Origin: Hyalangium minutum
GTDB lineage: Bacteria; Myxococcota; Myxococcia; Myxococcales; Myxococcaceae
Direction of reading: 5' to 3'
Length of the DNA stretch: 64,000 nt
NCBI RefSeq assembly: GCF_000737315.1
Contig: NZ_JMCB01000015.1
Coordinates: 186,001-250,000 of the forward strand
The translations under genes were made by a program, and so were the position numbers. The notes below the pieces were generated by a model that had not been told where the DNA came from, did not search any database, and was given only the letters and a program-made list of their open reading frames with translations. Shown here in pieces: positions 31,177-40,206 of the stretch; the first letter of the stretch is position 1; the number at the start of each line of letters is the position of its first letter.

Positions 31177-32057
31177 GGCAGCTCCTGATCCGGCTCGGCC
31201 GGCAGCTCGCGCTCATCCCCATCGTCGCGCTGGCCTCGTACTTCCTCATGGCCAGTCTTCCGCTCACCACCGAGGACGACAGCAAGCGCCAGGTGTCTCC
31301 GGAGCTGGCGGCCTCGTACCGGAGGGATCTCGGCGTCGGCGAACCCCTGGGCTTTCTGCGCCCGTGGCAGAAGCTCTTCCGGGGCGAGCGCCTCGGCACC
31401 AGCGCTCAAGGTGTCACCGGCGACGAGCTGCTCCTCAAGCTCTCCGGCAGCGTCGGGGTAGGGCTGGTGGCCCTGGTGTTCGCGCTTGTCTGGGCGCTGG
31501 CTTTTGCTCTCCTGAAGAACCGGTGGAGGAGGGGGCGCCTCGCCGTGCTCGGAGATGCCATTCCGGCGGTGGCCTTTGGCACGCCTGTCTTCATCCCCGC
31601 GCTCCTGTTCGCCCCCGCCGTCGTGGAGCGGGGCCACTTTCTCCCCGAGTTGACCGCCGCGCTCGTCATCTCCCTCTGGCCGGGTGTCTTTCTCGGCACC
31701 CTGGTGGGTGATGCGCTGGAGACCGAGCTCGCCCGGGACTACGTGCGCACCGCCGCCAGCAAGGGCCTGCCTCCGGGCGTCGTGCTGCGCCGCCATGTGT
31801 TGCCCAATGTGCTCCCCGCGCTGCTGGACGCCATCGGCCCCGTGGCCACCGCGCTGCTCGCGGGTTCGTTCGCCGCCGAGCGCGTCTTCGGCTTGCCGTA
31901 CTTTGGCCAGCTCTACGTCCTCGCCGTCCTCCAGAAGCAGGTGGCCGTCGTCGTTGTGGCCACCACCGTCTTTGCCTCAGTGCTCGCCGCAGTGGGGCTC
32001 GTCGTCGAGATCGTCCGGCTCCTCGTGGATCCCCGCGCCCGGGAGGACCGGACATGA
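31173..32057 (+). CDS. ABC transporter permease (OppB-like)
   Basis: DYVRTAASKGL...VLRRHVLPN EAA loop; 4-bp overlap with the SBP gene. Confidence 0.9.
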   Translation: MRQLLIRLGRQLALIPIVALASYFLMASLPLTTEDDSKRQVSPELAASYRRDLGVGEPLGFLRPWQKLFRGERLGTSAQGVTGDELLLKLSGSVGVGLVALVFALVWALAFALLKNRWRRGRLAVLGDAIPAVAFGTPVFIPALLFAPAVVERGHFLPELTAALVISLWPGVFLGTLVGDALETELARDYVRTAASKGLPPGVVLRRHVLPNVLPALLDAIGPVATALLAGSFAAERVFGLPYFGQLYVLAVLQKQVAVVVVATTVFASVLAAVGLVVEIVRLLVDPRAREDRT

Positions 32058-32863
32058 GCCGAATGCCCGTCCGCGCCTGGGTAGGGCTGACCCTCTTGAT
32101 CGGGCTCGGTGCGCTGAGCCTGCTCGCGGGCCGCGTCTTCCCCGAGGTCCTGGCGAGCACTTGCCCGCTCGGTCATGACCCGACACACCCGGATCGCACC
32201 GTTTGTGAGCTGGCCTTTGGAGGCCTCTGGGTCTCGCTCGCCATCGGGCTCGCGGCAGGGGCACTGTCCACCGGCATGGGCCTGTTCGTGGCCGCCGTGG
32301 CCCGGTTGTCTGGCGGAGCTCTGGAGCGCTGGGTGATGCGCCTGGCCGATGCCTTCTTCGCGCTCCCGGACGTGCTCGTGGTGATGGTGCTCCAGCTCGC
32401 GGGCCAATCGCTCGTGGATGCCGGGGCTGGCGCGGGACTGGGCCCCTTCGGCCTCATGGTGGTGTCGCTGGCGCTCGTGGGTTGGGCCGGGCCCGCGCGC
32501 ATGTTCCGCAACCGCTTGGACACCCTCGAAGGCCAGGAGTTCATCGCCGCCTCCCGGGCGCTCGGAGGCACCGGGCCGCACGTGCTCCGCGTCCACCTGT
32601 GGCCCTCGCTGCGCCCCTTCGTCCTCGCAGTCTTCCTCAGTCGGCTTCCCGCGGCCATTCTCGCGGAGTCCACCGTGAGCTTCTTCGGTATCGCCCGCAT
32701 GGAGCCCATGTCCCTGGGCCGCTACCTGGGCACCAGCTACGCCGCGCTCATCTACGAGGGTGGCTCTCGCGTCGTCATCCCCGCGTGGCTCCTGCTGGTG
32801 CTGCTCGTGCTGGGCGCCTCGCTGGCCTCCCAGGCGCTGGCGGCTCGCACGCGGCGGGCTTGA
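32054..32863 (+). CDS. ABC transporter permease (OppC-like)
   Basis: EFIAASRALGG...VLRVHLWP EAA loop; ILAESTVSF. Confidence 0.9.
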   Translation: MSRMPVRAWVGLTLLIGLGALSLLAGRVFPEVLASTCPLGHDPTHPDRTVCELAFGGLWVSLAIGLAAGALSTGMGLFVAAVARLSGGALERWVMRLADAFFALPDVLVVMVLQLAGQSLVDAGAGAGLGPFGLMVVSLALVGWAGPARMFRNRLDTLEGQEFIAASRALGGTGPHVLRVHLWPSLRPFVLAVFLSRLPAAILAESTVSFFGIARMEPMSLGRYLGTSYAALIYEGGSRVVIPAWLLLVLLVLGASLASQALAARTRRA

Positions 32864-32890
32864 ACCCTTCGAGCCACGCCCTGGGAGACT

Positions 32891-33100
32891 TCAGTCCTCT
32901 TCCTGGCTCACGCCCCATTCCCTCAGCTTCTTGAAGAGGGTGGAGCGGCCGAGCCCCAGCTCCTTGGCGGCGCGGTCCTTGTGGTAGTGGCAGCGGCGCA
33001 GGGTGCTCTCGACGAGCTGGCGCTCCAACTGGTGCAGCATCTGCTCCAGGGTAACGCCCTTCGGCAGCTCGAGCGGCGGGGTGTCCGGAACAGGCGTCAT
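32891..33100 (-). CDS. Small Fis-type helix-turn-helix protein
   Basis: LERQLVESTLRRC...KDRAAKELGLGRSTLFKKLREWG (HTH_8 pattern); ATG at 33100. Confidence 0.7.
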   Translation of the reverse strand: MTPVPDTPPLELPKGVTLEQMLHQLERQLVESTLRRCHYHKDRAAKELGLGRSTLFKKLREWGVSQEED

Positions 33101-33455
33101 GGACAGGGGGCAGAAGGGCCCCACATCGTTCTCCGGGATTGATACGCCCGGCGTCCGCTACGACAACTTGGCGAGCTTTGCGAGTTCACTTGCACGAAGC
33201 TGCTCTTGTTCCAGTTCCAGTCTGAGCAGCGCCTGCTGACGCACGGGCTGTGCGCCGGGCCGGAGCAGAGTCCTCGCAATGCTCGCCGCCCCGCGGCCCG
33301 ACGGCCCAACCGTGTTGATCGGCAGAGTGGTCGACTTTCGAGCAAAAGCGTCCCGCCGCGCCGATCCAAGCGTGCCTCGGCGATACGACGACGACTGCGA
33401 CGGCGAGATCCACGAGACGACTGACTGCCCCTGCACGCTCGACGGCATTGTCCCG

Positions 33456-36089
33456 CTAGAAATCGCCGAGCAACCTGTCGCCATCTCGCACGAGACGGTC
33501 GAAGAAGATGCCTATTCCGGCCGAGCCGGTGCCCAAATCCGTGGAGATTCGTACCAGCTCCTCACCGGGGAAGACGATGCCGTGCTCCTTTTCGATGGCA
33601 AAGAGCATGATGCGCTCTGCAAAGCGATGCGCCTCCTCGCGGTAGTGCACTTCGCCTGTGTGCTGGTGCATGTCGATAAAGAAGTCCCCAAGCCCCGCCA
33701 TGCCGGCAAACCTTCCCGGGAAGGCGCTGTATTTCCCGTACAGGTGGCGCGCGATCTTCCTCGCTGCCGCCAGGTCGCGGGGCTCGCCTAGGACCCTGTG
33801 GAAGTCCAGCAAGACGCAGCCGATTCCTGCGCTCCCGATGTGCGAGTAAGGTGAGACGACGTTCTCGTCGCGCGAGCGCTGCCAGATGAGAGAGTCATCC
33901 GCACCCCGGGCGTGCGCCATCTCGAAATCAAGCAAGCCCCTGGCAAGCTCGAGGTGCTCCGGCTCCCCCGTGCACTGGTAGAGCTTCAAGAAAAACTGGG
34001 CGATGCCTGCCGCCCCGTGCGCATAGCCATGATACGTGATCCCGTCGGAACTGGGGTAGCAATAGCCATCTCCTGTCTTCTGCAGCCCCGCCTTGAGGCG
34101 AGAGGACAGCGCTGCCGCCTGGTCCAGGTACTCCTCACGCTTCGTCACATGAAAGAACCACAGGTTGGCCAGTCCAACGCCTGCGGTGCCATAAAACACA
34201 TCCAGGTTATCGTGGAGGATCGGCGAGGCGTTGGCCATCGCCATCAAGGCCTTCGCCCTCTCCTTGAGACCGATCTCGTGAAATGCCAGGGCGATCCCGG
34301 CCAGCCCTATATGGAGCCCCGGTGGATAATCGCGAATGCCGGCCGTCTCGGAGAGTTCGAGGAGTCCGCCGCGCACGGAGGGTGGCAGATCTCCTTTTAC
34401 GCGGTGTAGGAACAACGCGATGCCGGCGACGCCATAAGAGATATTCAAGTCGTTCGTGATGAACCGACGGTAATCAGTCGGAGGGTCGAGCCGCCGCGGC
34501 TTCTCCAGCGCCCATACCGCATATTCTGCAATCTTCTCGACCGCCGCCGACAACTCATGCGCTTTGGCCGCGGGCGGGAGCGGCTCCGGCGGCCTCACAG
34601 CGGCGATGCTCCGTCGGGCGCTCTCGAGCAGCGCGTCGGCGCTCGACGGGCTTTCGCCGATATCCAGCGCCAGCGCGAGGACCTCGCCAGGAATGCCCTT
34701 CTCCCGTGCAATGCGAGAGTACAGGCGCCGTCGCGACTGCGGGTTGATCGTGAAAAACGACGTGACGGGGAAGATGAGGTCGCACAAGACGCCGCTCAGC
34801 GCTTGGTAGTCCTCTTCCACGGTGGGTTTTTCGCCCCGGAGCGCCGACGGCCCGCCGAAACCCGGCGTCTGAAGCGGAACGATCAGGCCGTCCTGACCTC
34901 CGGCGGTGCAGTGAGCGCTCTCGAAGTCGACGAAAGAAACGGTCCGCGTCGTCGGGTCGAGGAGGATGTTTTGCGGCGCGAGGTCGTGAACGACGACGCC
35001 GAGGTCATGTATCTTTCGGAGTGCATCCGTGAGGTTTCTGGCAATGTCGACGAACCGGGTGCAATAGTCGATGACATCCTGCCACGAGGGGTTGCTTATC
35101 AGCGCCAGGGGGGAGTCGCTGGACGCTCGGTAGGAAATCAGGGACCTCTTCCCCTGGATCCTCTCCATGACAATGAAGCTGTGCTCCCACTCCTCGAAGA
35201 AGTCGTATGGCCTGGGGGTCAGGCCGGTGTCCTCCAGGATCTTTAGGACGCGATACTCGTTCGCCAGGCAGGCCACGGCGTCGTGGGGGCTAGCGGCGGT
35301 CCGGTTGATGAAGCGCCTCCCTTCCTTGACGACTAGCTCCGCCCCGGTTTCGAGATCGACCGCCAGATAGACTCCGCCCTTGCTGGACTGCGCGAGGACA
35401 CCGGTGATCCGATATCGTCCCTTCAGGACGACCTCGCTTGGCTCGGGCTCTGGATCGTCGGGGAACGGATCGGCCACGCCATTCGGAAGGAAGAAGAATG
35501 GTTGGCGCTGGTCCGATACACAGGAGCCATCGGCCCCCTGGATATGGTAAACCCGCTCGCCGAAGATATCGACCCTCCCCTGGGCCTTGAAGGCCCCGTA
35601 TCGATAGAAGAGAACCTTGCTGCCCCGGTACCGTTTGTCGGAGAGGATATAGGGCCCTGCGAATCCCGCCGTGACGGCGTGCAGGCGCTCCATCATGCGC
35701 ACGAAGTGCCGGACGTCGGACGGGTAGATCGTGATGAATTTTCCACAAGAGCTCCCGGGGCAGTCGCTGGAACTCATGTAACCCAGCATTTGCTCGTCCA
35801 CGAGAAACTTGAAGGGAACTCTCTCCTCCGTCAGGATCGGAAGGATGGTCCGCAGGATCGTCGGCGCGTGCTCATGGATTGCGGAGATGTGGATCTTGAA
35901 CCCTTGCGCCGGAATGACACCGCCTTCGGGGGCCGCGCCGCACCATACCCCCGGCTCGTCGCTGAGCGTCCAGCCCGTCGGCAAGAGCAGACTCACGAGA
36001 CCCCGATAATCGCTCTGCGTCGAACGGTACCGGTCGAGGCTCTCGTAGCGTTCCGGGTCAACGATGATGAAGCCGGTGAACTCACGCAT
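33456..36089 (-). CDS. lanKC: Class III lanthionine synthetase LanKC
   Basis: Start MREFTGF at 36089. Lyase motifs QGFKIHISA, GKFITIYP, GPYILSDKRY, YRYGAF; kinase motifs GGVYLA, VVKEGR, HDLAPQNIL, DFE; LanC-like domain GYAHGAAG, PYSHIGSAG, PGRFAGMAG with no Zn-ligand Cys motifs. Confidence 0.92.
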   Translation of the reverse strand: MREFTGFIIVDPERYESLDRYRSTQSDYRGLVSLLLPTGWTLSDEPGVWCGAAPEGGVIPAQGFKIHISAIHEHAPTILRTILPILTEERVPFKFLVDEQMLGYMSSSDCPGSSCGKFITIYPSDVRHFVRMMERLHAVTAGFAGPYILSDKRYRGSKVLFYRYGAFKAQGRVDIFGERVYHIQGADGSCVSDQRQPFFFLPNGVADPFPDDPEPEPSEVVLKGRYRITGVLAQSSKGGVYLAVDLETGAELVVKEGRRFINRTAASPHDAVACLANEYRVLKILEDTGLTPRPYDFFEEWEHSFIVMERIQGKRSLISYRASSDSPLALISNPSWQDVIDYCTRFVDIARNLTDALRKIHDLGVVVHDLAPQNILLDPTTRTVSFVDFESAHCTAGGQDGLIVPLQTPGFGGPSALRGEKPTVEEDYQALSGVLCDLIFPVTSFFTINPQSRRRLYSRIAREKGIPGEVLALALDIGESPSSADALLESARRSIAAVRPPEPLPPAAKAHELSAAVEKIAEYAVWALEKPRRLDPPTDYRRFITNDLNISYGVAGIALFLHRVKGDLPPSVRGGLLELSETAGIRDYPPGLHIGLAGIALAFHEIGLKERAKALMAMANASPILHDNLDVFYGTAGVGLANLWFFHVTKREEYLDQAAALSSRLKAGLQKTGDGYCYPSSDGITYHGYAHGAAGIAQFFLKLYQCTGEPEHLELARGLLDFEMAHARGADDSLIWQRSRDENVVSPYSHIGSAGIGCVLLDFHRVLGEPRDLAAARKIARHLYGKYSAFPGRFAGMAGLGDFFIDMHQHTGEVHYREEAHRFAERIMLFAIEKEHGIVFPGEELVRISTDLGTGSAGIGIFFDRLVRDGDRLLGDF

Positions 36090-36235
36090 TGCGCGTCTTT
36101 CGATACCCTGCACGTTGCCTCGCTTCTCCCTCGCTGTCACGAGCGTCGTAAAAATGGTTAATGCGAGGATGGAGGACGCAGTCGTCCTTTCCTGTCCGGG
36201 CGACGGTCCTCTGGCCTCAGTGAAGCGTTGGAGCG

Positions 36236-36346
36236 CTATCCCTGCCAGATGCAGCTGCGAAAGATGCTGACCCACGATGCGGTAGGACAGGTCCAGTCGG
36301 GCTTTGGTTTAAGGGCCAGCTTCTGGAGCGCGAGTACATTTTTCAT
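36236..36346 (-). CDS. Class III lanthipeptide precursor, 36 aa (MKNVLALQKLALKPKPDWTCPTASWVSIFRSCIWQG)
   Basis: GGAGGT RBS 4 nt before the ATG; VLALQKL leader motif; S-x2-S-x4-C core; stop 147 bp upstream of the lanKC start on the same strand. Below the ORF-track length cut-off. Confidence 0.88.
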   Translation of the reverse strand: MKNVLALQKLALKPKPDWTCPTASWVSIFRSCIWQG

Positions 36347-36793
36347 TATGACCTCCCATTTAGGCGATTGCAGAGTTGCTTGCAGGAGCTCCGCGCGAGG
36401 TCAGCTCGTCGCTGAACCTTCGCGTCTCAATATACGCATACGCAGCGTCCCACCCACCACATCGTCGTGGGACAATCGTATGTTTTATGTCGTCTCACCT
36501 CCTTGCTGGACAATGTAATACGGTTGACTCAAGGCGCCATCCCCAGCTCGCTGCCTGCTCGGTTGACCCCAACGCAGTGGCCACCCCAGAGCGCATGGTG
36601 TTGAGCCCCAAGCATCCATAGTGACCTGGAAGCCCACCCCTGCGGCCTGGCGCCTGGCTGGGCCGCTTGGGCCTGCGTGTGGTCCCCCTTGGGGACGATC
36701 TGGTGAACCGTTTCGCCACAGAAAAGTTAGCCTGCCCTGCGGCAATCTAAGAGGTTGTGCGTCTGCTTTCCGTCCTGCGAGGTTGCGTGCGTG

Positions 36794-37713
36794 ATGCGTG
36801 CCTTCCTGCCCTGCCGGTCTGCTCTGCCCCTCGTCCTTGTGGCTTCCGTGGCCCTGGCAAAGGAGCCTGATGTAGTCGAGAGGATCATCAATCTGTCAGA
36901 GCACCCAGCAACGACCGCGAATAAGATCTATGCCGCTGGTCGCGTGGCGACAGTGCTGCGCTTTGAGAAGGAAGTCGATCCAGAGCAGACACGAATGCTC
37001 GGCTCGGAAGGGTGGTTTGAGCCCCTTTGGTAGGGGGTAGGAAGGTCGTCCTTGAACCGCTCCGGGACATCGAGCCTGGGGACCGCTTCATGCTTCTCGT
37101 CACTCTCAGGGACGGCATGGAGATCCCCTTCGTCGTCACGTCGGAACAGCAACCGCGCGACGGCAGGCGGGTGGCGGATCAACAGGTCACCGTGATTCGC
37201 AATCTTGAGTCGGCGAGCGCTGCTCAGGCTTCGCTTTACGAATCGCTCAAGAGAGAGCGGGAGCTTCGGGAGAAGGTCGAGCGCTACGAGCAAGAGGATT
37301 CCGTTGATCATGCACTCGCGGCGCTCCTCGCGAAAGACGTTACCCAGCAGACGCCTTTCCGTGAGCGTCGCAAGTGGCGCCTACAGGAAGGGGATGTTGA
37401 GTTCGTCGTCCGGCTCTTCTCAGGCAACGGGAAGGCAGCGGTCGTCTTCAAGATTACGAACCGCGAGGATGTGCCCTGGAAGATGCAGATGGCACGTCTC
37501 TACACAGCATCCGGCTGGAAGGACAGACCGTTTGCTTTGCGCACGGATCATGAAGCAATCATCCCAGGTACAGCCGGTTACGTCGCCGTCGTTGTTGATC
37601 AGAGCGCCTTTGAAGAGGGCACAGCGCTAAAGAATCTCCTTCTTGAGATCTACCGAGACGACGGGTACCGGCAGTTGTTCGTTCTGCTGGATCCGAGCCT
37701 TATCCGTCAGTAA
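36794..37713 (+). pseudogene. DUF2381 family gene with a frameshift near 37027-37030
   Basis: N-terminal part (signal peptide, VATVLRFEKEVDP, WFEPL) stops at TAG 37031-37033, while VGGRKVVLEPL continues in another frame. One missing T in CTTTGG would restore the frame. Confidence 0.75.
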
Positions 37714-37724
37714 GAGCGCCGGTC

Positions 37725-38225
37725 ATGTCCTCGCCTAAGGCGTTCCTGCTTCTCTGTCCCGCCCTAGTCAGCGCGTCCGTCGGATGCGCGACCACGACAA
37801 CCCCTGGTAACGTGCCGCTGCGATCGGACGGGAGCCCGGGACCGGAGGACTGCTCGGAGAAAGCGCTCGAGACGATGCGGATTCTGCGGATGCGCGTCGG
37901 TGACTCTGCGGACGTGGAACTCGACGCGAACCAGATCGACGCGAGGCCGATCACGCTCTATGACGGCCCTGTCGAGAGCTATTGGGATGGCGCACTCGGT
38001 ACTCTGCAAGCGGGTACCCGTCTTTACGGTCGAGTGTGGACAGGCGGTCCGCAGGTTGTCGTCCGGTGGTATCAGGCTCACCCGGTAGATGGGGAACCAG
38101 TTCCCATCTGTGCCGTCGCTCGCTTTGGAGGTAACGAGCTTAGAAAGAGGCCGGACTCGAAGCCCGGAACCGCCGTCCTCGGCTACTCCGGTGCCTCTGC
38201 CTTCGTCGTCAATTCGTTTCGCTGA
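37725..38225 (+). CDS. Myxobacterial lipoprotein of the type that accompanies DUF2381 genes
   Basis: Lipobox SVGC; GTRLYGRVWTGG.QVVVRWYQA...PVPICAVAR motif typical of DUF2381-linked ORFs. Confidence 0.7.
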   Translation: MSSPKAFLLLCPALVSASVGCATTTTPGNVPLRSDGSPGPEDCSEKALETMRILRMRVGDSADVELDANQIDARPITLYDGPVESYWDGALGTLQAGTRLYGRVWTGGPQVVVRWYQAHPVDGEPVPICAVARFGGNELRKRPDSKPGTAVLGYSGASAFVVNSFR

Positions 38226-38250
38226 GCCCCTCCTACGAATAACCAGGGAA

Positions 38251-38385
38251 CTCCGCCGAACAGCCACCGTACCCCGGTGAGGAGCGGCGTGAGTCCGGAG
38301 CTAACCAGTTAGCTCCGCCGAACAGCCACCGTGCCCCGGTGAGGAGCGGCGTGAGTCCGGAGCTAACCAGTTAGCTCCGCCGAAC
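38251..38385. repeat. 62-bp tandem repeat (about 2.2 copies) with an internal palindrome
   Basis: CTCCGCCGAAC starts at 38251, 38313 and 38375; the two full units differ at one base. GGAGCTAA-CCAG-TTAGCTCC hairpins at 38297-38316 and 38359-38378. Confidence 0.9.
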
Positions 38386-38842
38386 GGGGGGGAGGGGAGC
38401 GGCGCGACCTGCACAGCCCACGAACGTGGACTGGCGGAGGCGTGTGCGGTGAGAGCCTACGCCTGTTAATTCAGTGGGTTGGCGCGCTGCTGCTGTCCTC
38501 CCCTTGGCGCCTCTGCTTTGTAAGCCAGCGGTGCTCCAACACTTTTGGCGGAGGCGGTGGACGTGGAGCTGAACCACAAGGTGCTGGTGCGCAACGAGGA
38601 GGACAAGGCGGTGCTGGACTTCAAGGGCATCCCGCTGGAGCAGGTGCGAAGGGGGGCGCGGGGCCCTCGCGCCTGGCGCCTCGCTCGCCTTCCAGGCGCT
38701 TGCGGCCCACACGGGGCGTGCGTGAAAGCTTCGGTTCAAGCCCCCGGGATACCAAGGTTTTTCAAGCACCCTGCGAGGAATTCCCCCCGTGCGTGGGTGG
38801 GTTCCCTCAACGCACACCATTCTTGTCCTCGAGAGCCCAGCC

Positions 38843-39286
38843 ATGTCCCTCCCGACCGAAGAACTCTCCACGCAGGTCAGCCCCGAGCGGCGCAGCGATG
38901 ACTTGAAGGTCGAGCCGGTTCGCGGCGCGGTCCTCGTCGTCGAGGACGATCCTTCCAGCCGTGAGCTGCTGGTGGAACTGCTCACCCAGTGGGGCTACGA
39001 GCCGCTCCCCGTAGGCAGCGCCGAGGAGGCCGAGTTCGCCGTGCGCAACAAGCGCATGGACGCCGCCGTCGTGGATGTCTTTCTGCCCGGCCGCAGCGGC
39101 GCCACGCTCATGTCCCGCCTGCGCGAGCGCTTCCCTCAGGCCGTCCTCATCGGAGTGAGCGCCATGAGCGACGCGGCCATGGCCCGCAAGTGCAAGGGGC
39201 TCGGGGCGGACCTGTTCATCGGCAAGCCGGTGATGCCGGAGAAGCTGGCCAAGGCGCTCCAGTCCAAGCACACCAGCTGGCACTGA
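38843..39286 (+). CDS. Single-domain response regulator (receiver)
   Basis: [18 protein letters not shown] (phospho-Asp), FIGKP; ATG at 38843. Confidence 0.9.
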   Translation: MSLPTEELSTQVSPERRSDDLKVEPVRGAVLVVEDDPSSRELLVELLTQWGYEPLPVGSAEEAEFAVRNKRMDAAVVDVFLPGRSGATLMSRLRERFPQAVLIGVSAMSDAAMARKCKGLGADLFIGKPVMPEKLAKALQSKHTSWH

Positions 39287-39389
39287 GCCCGCCCTCCGCC
39301 TGGCCTGCCGGGCGAGTGAAGTTCCGGCCAGGCAACGGGAGCTGAGAAGACCGGTTGCACGCTCCCTCGGGACGTTCGATGCTGCCCAG

Positions 39390-39935
39390 GTGAAGACGCT
39401 CGCTCCTGGGTTGCTCTTGGCCATGCCCCAGCTCGGGGATCCCAACTTCCACCGCTCGGTCGTCCTGATGATCGAGCACGGGGAGGGAGGCTCCATGGGG
39501 CTTGTCGTCAACCGAGGGGCCCCCCTCACGCTCGGAGAGCTGGCGAGGGGCCAATCCCTGAAGATTGCCTCCGAGCGCACCCAGGACCCCGTCTTCATTG
39601 GCGGGCCCGTGGAGTCCCACCGGGGCTTCATCCTCCACGACGATGACTCGGTGGCCGAGAAGCACCCCGTGATGCCAGGCCTGTACCTGAGCGTCACGCT
39701 GGACGCCCTGGGCCCGCTGCTGGAGTCCTCCACGCCCCACCTGCGCTTCTGCCTGGGCTATGCGGGGTGGGGGCCCAAGCAACTGGAGTCGGAGATGGCG
39801 GCGGGCTCCTGGCTCTTCTCCGAGGCGACACCCAAGGCCATTCTCGAGGGCAACCCCGCCCAGTTGTGGGAGGAGACCCTGAGGGCGATGGGCGTCGAGC
39901 CGGCCATGCTCATGATGGGAAAGGGACTGAACTGA
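39390..39935 (+). CDS. YqgE/AlgH family protein
   Basis: [22 protein letters not shown] and CLGYAGWG motifs. Confidence 0.92.
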   Translation: MKTLAPGLLLAMPQLGDPNFHRSVVLMIEHGEGGSMGLVVNRGAPLTLGELARGQSLKIASERTQDPVFIGGPVESHRGFILHDDDSVAEKHPVMPGLYLSVTLDALGPLLESSTPHLRFCLGYAGWGPKQLESEMAAGSWLFSEATPKAILEGNPAQLWEETLRAMGVEPAMLMMGKGLN

Positions 39936-40192
39936 TGTTGGACCCAGAAGCCATTCGCGCTCGCATCCTCGGGGCCCTGCCGGGCTCCGAAGTGAACGTG
40001 CAGGACACCACGGGAACCGGAGACCACTTCGAGGCCTCTGTCGTGAGCCCAGCGTTCGCTGGCAAGTCCATGGTGCAGCAGCACAAGCTCGTCTATGCCT
40101 CCGTCCAGGACTGGCTGGGGACGGGCGAACTGCACGCCCTGGCGCTAAAAACCTATACGCCCGAGCAATGGAAGAAGCTCGGGCCTCGCTGA
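39935..40192 (+). CDS. BolA family protein
   Basis: GDHF...VSPAFAGKSMVQQHKLVY...HALALKT; ATG overlaps the yqgE stop. Confidence 0.92.
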   Translation: MLDPEAIRARILGALPGSEVNVQDTTGTGDHFEASVVSPAFAGKSMVQQHKLVYASVQDWLGTGELHALALKTYTPEQWKKLGPR

Positions 40193-40206
40193 GAGGAACC
40201 TGAACC

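Noticed and set aside
33158-33484. Minus-strand ORF containing QQALLRLELEQE as a possible second lanthipeptide precursor
   Set aside because: The leader-like stretch lies at the C-terminal end with no Ser/Cys core after it and no RBS-start pair before it.
36089-36275. ORF-track N-terminal extension of LanKC (939 aa)
   Set aside because: It overlaps the precursor gene in another frame and precedes the family-typical start MREF...YE at 36089.
38251-38385. Repeat with palindrome considered as a CRISPR mini-array
   Set aside because: The sequences between palindromes are identical except one base, so there are no unique spacers, and no cas genes are nearby.
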